From positions 192,001 to 256,000 of the forward strand of contig JBMNIF010000001.1 of assembly GCA_050950765.1 (NCBI GenBank): a DNA stretch of 64,000 nucleotides. The letters are read 5' to 3'. Position numbers and translations under genes: made by a program. The DNA comes from Bdellovibrionota bacterium (GTDB lineage: Bacteria; Bdellovibrionota_C; UBA2361; JAAYZI01). The first letter of the stretch is position 1. Each line of letters begins with the position of its first letter. Below, piece by piece: positions 54,303 to 62,669 of the stretch. The notes beneath the pieces were generated by a model, which searched no databases, was not told the DNA's origin, and saw nothing but the letters and a program-made list of their open reading frames with translations.

Positions 54303-55073
54303 GTGATATTAGATAAAACCGTTATCGGGATGTTGCATGTAGAAGCTTTACCTGGAACGCCGTATCATAAACTACCCATCTCGCAGATAATACAACATAC
54401 AATTGAAGAAGCTGAAGTTTATCTTAAGCACGGTATCGATACTCTACTTATTGAAAATATGCACGATCTCCCGTATCTAAAACGCACCGTCGGTCCCGAA
54501 ATAACTGCGGCGTTGGCAGTTATCGCCTATGAAGTAAAAAAACGCTTTGATGTAACTTTAGGGATTCAAGTTTTAGCTGGTGCTAATAAAGAGGCGTTAG
54601 CGTGCGCCTTAACTGCGGGTGCTGATTTTATTAGAGTGGAGGGGTTTGTTTTTGCGCATGTTGCCGACGAAGGTTTTATGGACGGCTGTGCTGGAGAGTT
54701 GCTTCGTTATCGGAAATACCTTGCAGCGGAAAATGTAAAGATTTTTGCTGATATCAAAAAGAAACATTCAGCACACGCTATTACGGCAGATCTCTCTATT
54801 GTAGAGGCGGCTAAAGCTGCCGAGTTCTTTGGAGCTGATGGTGTTATTGTAACGGGTAATTCAACTGCTGCCCCTGCAGATCTGATGCAGTTAAAAGATG
54901 TGAAGGAAAATGTATCGATACCTGTTTTAGTCGGGTCTGGGATTACATCTGATAATATTAAGGAATATCAACTATATTCAGATGGTGTAATTGTTGGATC
55001 ATATTTTAAAGAGGGTGGTAAGTGGCAAAATCCTCTATCTAATGAGAGGATTAAGAAGTTGCTTAGTGCATAA
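54303..55073 (+). CDS. BtpA/SgcQ family TIM-barrel protein
   Basis: IGMLH..ALPGTP, IENMHDLPY, FADIKKKHS, ADGVIVTG, LVGSG, IVGSYFK. Confidence 0.92.
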   Translation: MILDKTVIGMLHVEALPGTPYHKLPISQIIQHTIEEAEVYLKHGIDTLLIENMHDLPYLKRTVGPEITAALAVIAYEVKKRFDVTLGIQVLAGANKEALACALTAGADFIRVEGFVFAHVADEGFMDGCAGELLRYRKYLAAENVKIFADIKKKHSAHAITADLSIVEAAKAAEFFGADGVIVTGNSTAAPADLMQLKDVKENVSIPVLVGSGITSDNIKEYQLYSDGVIVGSYFKEGGKWQNPLSNERIKKLLSA

Positions 55074-55369
55074 GAGATAAAAGAGAAGTTAGAAGGTGGA
55101 TGAAGGGGTGCTTGGCGTGTAAAGGGTGTTATTAGAAGGTTAGTGCATAAGAGATAAAAGAGGGGTTAGAAGGGGGGTAAGGGGTGTTTGGCGCGTAAAA
55201 GGTGTTATTAGAAGGTTAGTGCATAAAAGATAAAAAGAGAAGTTAGAAGGTGGACAAAAGGTGTTTAGCGCATAAAGAGGTGTTGAAGGAGGTTAGGTGC
55301 TTAAAAGATAAAAGAGAAGTTAGAAGGTGGACAAGAGGTGTTTAGCGCATAAAAGGAATTATTAGAAGG
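55063..55369 (+). repeat. Purine-rich tandem repeat, 4 x ~77 bp
   Basis: Units start at 55063, 55140, 55216, 55293 (ttagtgcataagagataaaagagaagttagaagg...). Confidence 0.9.
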
Positions 55370-55473
55370 TCAAAATTTTGTAAAATTTGATTAGCAAAAT
55401 TATGAATGGCATAATCTCGGGCGGTAACGCAGGCTACCTTAATCTTGGAACAATTGTGTGTAATGGAGTTGTT

Positions 55474-57012
55474 ATGAGTAATTTTGGCGTTGGGACGGGC
55501 GGGGGAGAATCATTATTGGCTAATGGATTACCACGAGGAATAGGTCTTACTAATTTTAGTGGTCTTGGAAGTGGCGAAGCTATCGTTAACTATGCAGAAG
55601 AATTGGCTGAGAGTGGTGATTGCCAGAGAGCAATGGAGGTACTGTCTAAAAACTATGGAACATTTGAGCCAGAAGTAAGAAGAGATGATGAAGGTAAGAT
55701 AAAACATATCGCACGATGTTATGTACAGTTCGTGCGAGAGACAGCTAAAGAGTTAGCCGAAGCAGGAGAAAATAATAAGGTAGAAGCGTTTAAAAGGTCG
55801 CTAAATGAGAGATTAAAAACCATAGGTAATGCCTTAACTGACGAGGAGATAGGAGAATTTAAATCTTTGGAAAAACATGCACTAGATCAAGCTGAAAAAA
55901 TCGCTTGGAATTCTATTAAAGAATTTGTTGAGACTGGGGAAGTTAGGCGTGTTAAATTCCAGATTATATCTTATGAAGATAGGTTTGGTAAAATTGATGA
56001 AAGTTCTCCTCTTACTATTAAATCTGCTCTTATTAAAGAAGCAAAAGAAAACGCCTTGCAAAGAGCGTTAGGTGAAATAAGTTATTTTAATAACGAGGGG
56101 AATGTAGAGGCTGCTTTAAAAACCTTAGAGGAAGTTAAAGAGGAAGTGGGGGAGAGGTTTCCTGAAGGGAACTTTTTTTCTATTGCAAAAAATAATATTT
56201 ATAAAAATGCGGTTAAAAAAGCATTGGAACAGGGCAGAGATGCTACTGCTGCTGGGAACGTAGAAGAAGCTATTAAATTGCTTAACTTAGCAGGGAAATA
56301 TGCTGAATACTGTGATACGAGATATGATTATACACATTTCAAATGCGAATTTTATCAAATCAAATGCAAAATTTATCAAAATGGAATAGACCAAGGTTTA
56401 ATTGAAATATCTTCAATCCTTGAAGAGGGTGATATTAATAAAGCTGACAGAAATTTACAAAAGGTTTTGGAATATCAAAGAGGAATAGAAGGTCTGGGAG
56501 GATTTTTCAGTAAAGACGCTTTAAAGAAAATTGAAAACGTTAAAATTGCTATAGCTAAAAAGAGGGTGGTTGAGGACTTCTCTCCGCTTGAGCGTAATTT
56601 GGAAAAATTAGAAGAGCTTTGTGGGGGAAAGACCCCTTATAAGGATGCTCAGCATGTTACACTACTTCTTGATAAAGTTTTCGAGAGGATTCAAACGATG
56701 GAGGAAGCTTTAAAACTTCTTCAAGATAGCTCTTTAGTTGGTTCAATGCAGGCTGATGAAATAAGAGATAAATTAAAAAATGTAAGAGATACTGCTTGCC
56801 ACTATGGAATTAAAAACGAGCTTCGACTTGTTTCCATCTATGCTGCTAATGGAGATGAGAGAACCATTGGAGCTTCTGAAAAAGCCATTCGTAAATACCA
56901 TAAGATGCTTGGTAGTGAGGTGCCAGATGAAATTGAGAATTTTCTAGATGATGCAAGAGCATTATGCGACAAACGCATAGAGGAGAAACAATCAGAGTGG
57001 GATGATTTATGA
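55474..57012 (+). CDS. Orphan all-helical (TPR/solenoid-like) hypothetical protein (ORF track start 55387)
   Basis: GGAG before ATG 55474; recurring GNVEAA / GNVEEA / GDINKA helical repeats. Confidence 0.7.
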   Translation: MSNFGVGTGGGESLLANGLPRGIGLTNFSGLGSGEAIVNYAEELAESGDCQRAMEVLSKNYGTFEPEVRRDDEGKIKHIARCYVQFVRETAKELAEAGENNKVEAFKRSLNERLKTIGNALTDEEIGEFKSLEKHALDQAEKIAWNSIKEFVETGEVRRVKFQIISYEDRFGKIDESSPLTIKSALIKEAKENALQRALGEISYFNNEGNVEAALKTLEEVKEEVGERFPEGNFFSIAKNNIYKNAVKKALEQGRDATAAGNVEEAIKLLNLAGKYAEYCDTRYDYTHFKCEFYQIKCKIYQNGIDQGLIEISSILEEGDINKADRNLQKVLEYQRGIEGLGGFFSKDALKKIENVKIAIAKKRVVEDFSPLERNLEKLEELCGGKTPYKDAQHVTLLLDKVFERIQTMEEALKLLQDSSLVGSMQADEIRDKLKNVRDTACHYGIKNELRLVSIYAANGDERTIGASEKAIRKYHKMLGSEVPDEIENFLDDARALCDKRIEEKQSEWDDL

Positions 57013-57047
57013 ATAGCTGAAGTCTTAGCAAAAACGGTATAATTGCG

Positions 57048-57095
57048 AAAAAAAGAAAGGCTGGGAAATAAAAAAAATCCGTAGCCTTCCTTTTT
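57048..57095. terminator. Bidirectional terminator-like hairpin
   Basis: aaaaaagaaaggct...agccttcctttttt between convergent genes. Confidence 0.55.
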
Positions 57096-57113
57096 TATTT
57101 TGTATTCACCTCT

Positions 57114-57455
57114 CTACCACGGCAATAAAGGTAGGTGTCGCCTATGCGGTGGTGGTGGCGGTGGGGGTGGTAGATGCCTGTGAGGTGGTGGCATGTGCCG
57201 ATATCTATGATGTGGCGGTATGTGCCTATATCTCGCTGGTGGTGGCGGCATATGTCCGTGATGCGGCGGTGGGGGTGGTAAGCGTCTATATTCCGCTGCT
57301 GGTGGTGGCGGTGGGGGTGGAGGTCTATGACCATACCTATGCGGTGGAGGTGGTGGCGGAGGGGGAGCCCAACCTTGTGCGTTGGCGATAGAAGGCGCTG
57401 TTGTAGATGCACAAAGTGCAACTACGAAAGCGACTAATACTAAGTAACGTTTCAT
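57114..57455 (-). CDS. Secreted Pro/His/Arg-rich low-complexity protein (start ATG 57455)
   Basis: GGAG RBS, signal peptide MKRYLVLVAFVVALC...ANA, then poly-Pro runs interspersed with HR/RY. Confidence 0.7.
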   Translation of the reverse strand: MKRYLVLVAFVVALCASTTAPSIANAQGWAPPPPPPPPHRYGHRPPPPPPPPAAEYRRLPPPPPHHGHMPPPPARYRHIPPHHRYRHMPPPHRHLPPPPPPPPHRRHLPLLPW

Positions 57456-57738
57456 AAGTTCTCCAATAAATAATAAATAAAAAGGTTGTTCAATTTTTAC
57501 TTGCACTGTGTATGATAAAGCGCTTCATACCTTAATTTATTCTAAATAGAATCTCTTGTATGACGAGTACTTTAAAACGGTATTAAGTGTAAGCACTGCT
57601 ACGTTAACACCTTGAGCAGAACTGCAACAGTAAGAGAGGAATAATTCTTTTTTTTATTTTTTAATGAAAAATACTTTAAAGAGGGTAAAAAGAAAGGAAG
57701 CGCCGCTAAAAAGTGTGATAAAGAAGGGAAAAGAAGCG

Positions 57739-58971
57739 TTATTTTACCGTTATAAGGATGCCTCCTAAGACCTTTTTGTCACCTTCGTTAAAGTATAAGG
57801 TGTTTTTTTGTGCGGTACCTTTTTTTGAAAAAAAGATTTTCAAAACACCTTCATTAGAAAACTTATCCAAAGAAGCTTGCAGGGTTACCTTTTGTAAAAG
57901 ACGTGTCCTTCGTTTTGAAATATCAAGGTAGACCTTAGCAGGAAGAACTCCCTTGAATTTAGTTGGTGCATCTTTTATCGGTGTGATGTCGCCTGCTATC
58001 TTTATCTTAATTATCCACGGTTTGGGAGGAACCTCTTCTGCCACTTCTAGAGGGGTTAATTCAGGTGGTCTTGGAGTGCTGATCGTTACGGTAGTTTCAA
58101 GCGTGTTCGCATCTGTAAGGTTTAGATCAGCTTGTGCTGAAAAAGTAGTGTTTGAAACTTCTCCGTGAAAAAAATGAGGAGCTTCTTCTATTACGGACTC
58201 GGTGTCGGGGATAATGGAGGTTTGAAGTGGTTTGTTTTTTAAGTCACTTTGAGTTTGATCGATCTCCTGCGGTTTAAAGAGAAGAGCTATTGCAAAAACA
58301 GGGATAACTAAGATTAACGAAGCTAGCGATGTTTTAAATTTTTCATTTTGTAGTAACGTCTGTAAAAACTTTTTAATACGGTTGTAATGAGCATTTGAAG
58401 GTAGGGAAAGCTTTTTAGGAGGAGTGAAGCTTGAGGGAGAGGGTAGAGAAAGTTTTTTAGGAAAAGTGAAGATTGAGGAAAGGGACAGAAAAAACTTTTT
58501 AGGAAAAGTGAAGATATAGGAAAGGGATAGAAAAAACTTTTTAGGAAAAGTGAAGATTGAGGAAAAGAGTTTAAATTGTTTTAGCTTTTCAGGTTGTCGT
58601 GGTTGTTTTGAGGCTTGAGGTTCTAAGAGAGAGGGAGAGGGTTTTGGGGTAGCGATAGTGCTTGCTGCACGTTTGTCTCTATCTATTAAGCGCATAATGG
58701 AGTCTTCTGCAGTAGTGGTATCTTTTTGCAGGATAGGTTTATTGAGACCTTCTAAGAGGTCTTTTAATTCGGCATCTTCGTCAAAGGAGGAGTCTGCATC
58801 ATCTTGCGGAGTCAGAGTATACACCCGTGGTTCCTTACTCCTTTGAGGAGTGGAAGAAACTTCTAACTCAGAAAGATCCAACTCGATCTCAAAAGAATCA
58901 TCCAAGAACTCTTCAGATTCAGGGTTGGTGCCTTTTAGACCTGATTGTGACGAGAAAGTATCATCACTCAT
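57739..58971 (-). CDS. Hypothetical single-pass membrane protein with acidic N-terminus and 14-aa repeats
   Basis: GGAG RBS, acidic N-terminus, (S)SIFTFPKKFFLSL x3, TM segment SLILVIPVFAIALLF. Confidence 0.7.
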   Translation of the reverse strand: MSDDTFSSQSGLKGTNPESEEFLDDSFEIELDLSELEVSSTPQRSKEPRVYTLTPQDDADSSFDEDAELKDLLEGLNKPILQKDTTTAEDSIMRLIDRDKRAASTIATPKPSPSLLEPQASKQPRQPEKLKQFKLFSSIFTFPKKFFLSLSYIFTFPKKFFLSLSSIFTFPKKLSLPSPSSFTPPKKLSLPSNAHYNRIKKFLQTLLQNEKFKTSLASLILVIPVFAIALLFKPQEIDQTQSDLKNKPLQTSIIPDTESVIEEAPHFFHGEVSNTTFSAQADLNLTDANTLETTVTISTPRPPELTPLEVAEEVPPKPWIIKIKIAGDITPIKDAPTKFKGVLPAKVYLDISKRRTRLLQKVTLQASLDKFSNEGVLKIFFSKKGTAQKNTLYFNEGDKKVLGGILITVK

Positions 58972-59083
58972 AAAACCTAATCTCCATACTTGTCAGATCG
59001 GTATTTGCGTTAATATCCTAAAGTGCAATTATCAAAGGGAGATGGAAAACGTGTTGTTGAATCTCCTTTCCCTTTAAGCTTCC

Positions 59084-59240
59084 GAGTGTTTTGGAGATTT
59101 TTCCCCTCTTTTTGTTTAATTTTTGAGTTTTTTTTTGAGGTGTTTTTTTCACTCTCTGTATAATTTTTAAGTTTTTTTGAGGTGTTTTTTCCCTCTCTCT
59201 GTTTAATTTTGAGTGTTTTTTGAGTGTTTTTTCCTCTTTT
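59084..59240. repeat. T-rich imperfect tandem repeat (~44 bp, ~3.5 units) upstream of menA
   Basis: Recurring gagtgtttttt / gaggtgtttttt(c)cctctct / gtttaatttt blocks. Confidence 0.7.
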
Positions 59241-59250
59241 TGGAGAAGCG

Positions 59251-60141
59251 ATGAGTTTTTTTAATGCAATAAAAATTTGGTTTTGTGCGTGTCGTCCTAA
59301 AACGTTGGTTGCTTCTGCTATGCCAGTTTGTGTTGCTTTTGTTATGGCGGCTGAAAAAGAGGGTGCTAAGCCGCTAGTATTTTTTATAACACTGTTTTGC
59401 GCTATTGTGATACAGATTGCGACTAATCTGATTAACGATTACTTCGATTATTTAAAAGGTGCTGATACGGAGAATCGTTATGGACCAACACGGATGGTGA
59501 CGGCAGGGCTTGTTTCGGTACGATCAATACGTATTGCGATAGCGATCTGTTTAATTGTAGCTCTGCTACTTGGTGGTTATCTGGTGCTACTTGGTGGGTA
59601 TCCGATCGCTATAATCGGTATTATCTCTTTAATTTGTGCTTTTGCATACACGGCAGGACCTTCTCCATTGGCGTATAACGGCTGGGCGGATCTCTTTGTT
59701 TGGATATTTTTCGGGCCGGTGGCGGTGGGTGGAACGTATTATCTTTTAACAGGTGGTGTTACGTTTAGTAGTTTGCTTGTAGGCGCTGCTTTAGGTTCTC
59801 TTATAACATCGATCTTGGTGGTGAATAATTTGCGTGATGTGGATGGAGATCGGAGGGTAAATAAAAGAACTTTGACGGTCAGATTTGGCGAGAAGTTTTC
59901 AAAGGCGCAATATCTGATCTTAATGTCACTTGGTGCTATCATTCCGATAGTGTTGCTCTCTTTTTTGGAAAAGCGGTATGGGGGGTTGCTTTCTCTGTTG
60001 TATCTTATTTTAGCACTCTCGTTGATGAAAAAAGTTGTCACACAAAAGAAAGAGAAGTTAAATCGAGTCTTGGAATTGACAGGTGCGACAGTGTTTCTGT
60101 TTTCCCTATTTTTTTCTATCGGCTGGTGTTTGCATATTTAA
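59251..60141 (+). CDS. menA: 1,4-dihydroxy-2-naphthoate polyprenyltransferase (start ATG 59251)
   Basis: RPKTL, QIATNLINDYFD..KGAD, YTAGP.PLAY.G, VNNLRD...D....KRTL.VR.G. Confidence 0.95.
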   Translation: MSFFNAIKIWFCACRPKTLVASAMPVCVAFVMAAEKEGAKPLVFFITLFCAIVIQIATNLINDYFDYLKGADTENRYGPTRMVTAGLVSVRSIRIAIAICLIVALLLGGYLVLLGGYPIAIIGIISLICAFAYTAGPSPLAYNGWADLFVWIFFGPVAVGGTYYLLTGGVTFSSLLVGAALGSLITSILVVNNLRDVDGDRRVNKRTLTVRFGEKFSKAQYLILMSLGAIIPIVLLSFLEKRYGGLLSLLYLILALSLMKKVVTQKKEKLNRVLELTGATVFLFSLFFSIGWCLHI

Positions 60142-60248
60142 TGTTTTATGGGGTACACAAAAAAAAAATCTTTTGATACAATCAACCTCAACGCAAGGAG
60201 GTCTCAGTTTTTATAAGTGTAACTTACCGTGTTTTTTGATGTGTTAAT

Positions 60249-61667
60249 ATGCAAGAAAAAGAAAACCTTGAAGTAGCTGCTCTTCGTAAATTATTGGAAC
60301 AAGATGGGATATCGACGATCTCTGTAAATAATGCGGTAAAAAATTATGCGCGTTTTTTGGCGGGGGAAACAGGCTATGTGCCTGCCTCTGAAATCAAATC
60401 TGTTGATGATGTGGTTCATTATGAAGAGTTGATTAATTATGCAGGTTTCGGAGAAAAAGCTCTCTCAAAGGTGGCTATCATTAATTTAAATGGTGGTCTT
60501 GGAACTAGCATGGGGTTGTCATCGGCGAAATCTCTTTTGAATATTAAGGATGGTTTCTCCTTTCTCGATATTACGGTGGCGCAGGTCGAATACATGAGAA
60601 AAAAGTATGAGATAGATCTACCGTTATTATTTATGAACAGCTTTAGTACTGATGCAGATACAAAAGCGGAGCTGAAAGATTTTGAAAATAAAGGGGATTT
60701 ACCAGTCTCTTTTTTACAAAGCAAAGTTAGGAAGATAGATCTTAAGACGTTGCGTCCTGTTAGTCATGAGGAAGACAGGAGTTTAGAGTGGTGCCCTCCA
60801 GGGCATGGGGATGTTTATGCAGCGATGTATCAAAATGGGATCCTTGATCTTCTACTTGAACACGGGTTTGAATATATTTTCATATCTAATGTAGATAATC
60901 TTGGAGCAACATTAGATCTCAATATCTTAGGATATCTAGCAAAGACTGCAGCTCCGTTCATTATGGAAGTGGCAGATCGGACAGAGGCTGATAAAAAGGG
61001 TGGGCACCTAGCGCGTAGGAAAAGAGATAATCGCTTAATTTTGCGCGAGTTGGCGCAGTGTCCTGAAAATGAGCAGCAAGAGGGTGGAGATTTTCAAAAT
61101 ATCCGTAAATATAAATACTTCAACACTAATTCTTTATGGTTAAACATAAGATCTTTAAAAGACCTTATGGATAAGACAGGCGGCGTGATGGAGTTGCCTT
61201 TGATTGTAAATCGGAAAACTGTAGATCCGAGGGATGAAACGACTACGGCAGTGGTACAACTTGAAACGGCAATGGGGGCAGCTATCTCTTCTTTTGATGA
61301 GGCTGTGGCTGTGCGTGTGCCGCGTACTAGATTTGCACCCGTAAAGTCCACTGACGATCTGATTGTGTTAAGGAGTGATCGTTATAGACTTACTCCGGAA
61401 AAGGAGATCGTTTTAGATGTTGGATGTGTTGGTTCTGCTGGTATCTCTATTAAGTTAGATAAGTGTTTTAACAAAATTGACGATTTTGAAGCACGCTTCA
61501 GTGAGGGAGTTCCTTCAATGATCGCTTGTGAAAGTCTACTTATAGAGGGAGATTTCTCTTTCGGATCTGGTGTTAAATTAATAGGCAATGTTAAGTTGTG
61601 TAACAAAACAGGAGCGCAGGTGCAGATCCCCGCTGGCGCAGAGCTAAAAGGTAAAATAAGTTTTTAA
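60249..61667 (+). CDS. UTP-glucose-1-phosphate uridylyltransferase, UDPGP (eukaryote/UgpA-type) family
   Basis: LNGGLGTSMG, KSLL, WCPPGHGD, SNVDNLGA, DKKGGHL, FNTN.LW, LETAMG, RFAPVK; C-terminal beta-helix. Confidence 0.92.
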   Translation: MQEKENLEVAALRKLLEQDGISTISVNNAVKNYARFLAGETGYVPASEIKSVDDVVHYEELINYAGFGEKALSKVAIINLNGGLGTSMGLSSAKSLLNIKDGFSFLDITVAQVEYMRKKYEIDLPLLFMNSFSTDADTKAELKDFENKGDLPVSFLQSKVRKIDLKTLRPVSHEEDRSLEWCPPGHGDVYAAMYQNGILDLLLEHGFEYIFISNVDNLGATLDLNILGYLAKTAAPFIMEVADRTEADKKGGHLARRKRDNRLILRELAQCPENEQQEGGDFQNIRKYKYFNTNSLWLNIRSLKDLMDKTGGVMELPLIVNRKTVDPRDETTTAVVQLETAMGAAISSFDEAVAVRVPRTRFAPVKSTDDLIVLRSDRYRLTPEKEIVLDVGCVGSAGISIKLDKCFNKIDDFEARFSEGVPSMIACESLLIEGDFSFGSGVKLIGNVKLCNKTGAQVQIPAGAELKGKISF

Positions 61668-61679
61668 AGGAATTCGCTG

Positions 61680-62650
61680 AAGGCGAATTTGGTGCCACCC
61701 TTCTTTTTTGCTGCTTTGACGGCTTAGGCGACTGGATGGATTTGGTGCCACCCACTAGGGACGCAGACGCTTCGTATCGTATCGTAAATAGGACATCCAA
61801 ACTTCAAAATTACAACATCTAATAATATCAAGATGTTGGCAAAAACCCAAAATCGGGCAGTTTTGGTGCCACCCACCAGTAAAAAGTGGGTGTCCTAATT
61901 AGCATCTACTAAAAACGAATCGGTTAGGTTTTCACGGGGGTAAAAATTTGGTGCCACCCTTCAGCTAAAAGTGGGTGTCCTAATTAGGATCTAATAATAT
62001 TAAGACGTTAGCAAAATCTTAGGGGTTGGCGAATTTGGTGCCACCCTTCTTTTTTGCTGCTTTGACGGCTTAGGCGACTGGATGGATTTGGTGCCACCCA
62101 CTAGGGACGGTAGAACGGGCTGTAACTGCAAGACGGGGCAAAAATTTGGTGCCACCCACTAGTAAAAAGTGGGTGTCCTAATTAGCATCCCACCCACCAG
62201 TAAGACGGGATCTGGCAGATTTGGCTGGGCTTGGATCTGGTGCCACCCACTAGGGACGGTAGAACGGGCTGATACTGAAAAACGAGTCAGCTAGGTCTGA
62301 ACGGGGGTTAAAAATTTGGTGCCACCCTTCAGGGACAACAGGACGGGCTGCAACTTGTAGTGGATCTGGTGCCACCCACCAGTAAAAAGTGGGTGTCCCA
62401 ATTAGCATCTAATAATATCAAGATATTAGCAAAAGCTTAGGGTTCAGCGAATTTGGTGCCACCCACCAGTAACGGGACGGGCTGCAACTAAAAAAACAAA
62501 TTGGTTAGGTCTCTACGGAGGTTAAAAAACTGGTGCCACCCTTCAGGATACTCCCTTCAGGGACAACTGAACGGGCTGTAACTGAAAAGCGGGGTCGGCT
62601 AGATCTGGACGGGGGTAAAAAGTGGGTGTCCTAATTGACACCCTTCAGCT
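61680..62650 (-). repeat. GGGTGGCACCA mosaic array in reverse orientation (12 exact cores)
   Basis: TGGTGCCACCC at 61690, 61743, 61864, 61949, 62036, 62089, 62147, 62238, 62317, 62367, 62454, 62531. Confidence 0.95.
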
Positions 62651-62669
62651 TTGGATCCTCTGCAAAAAA

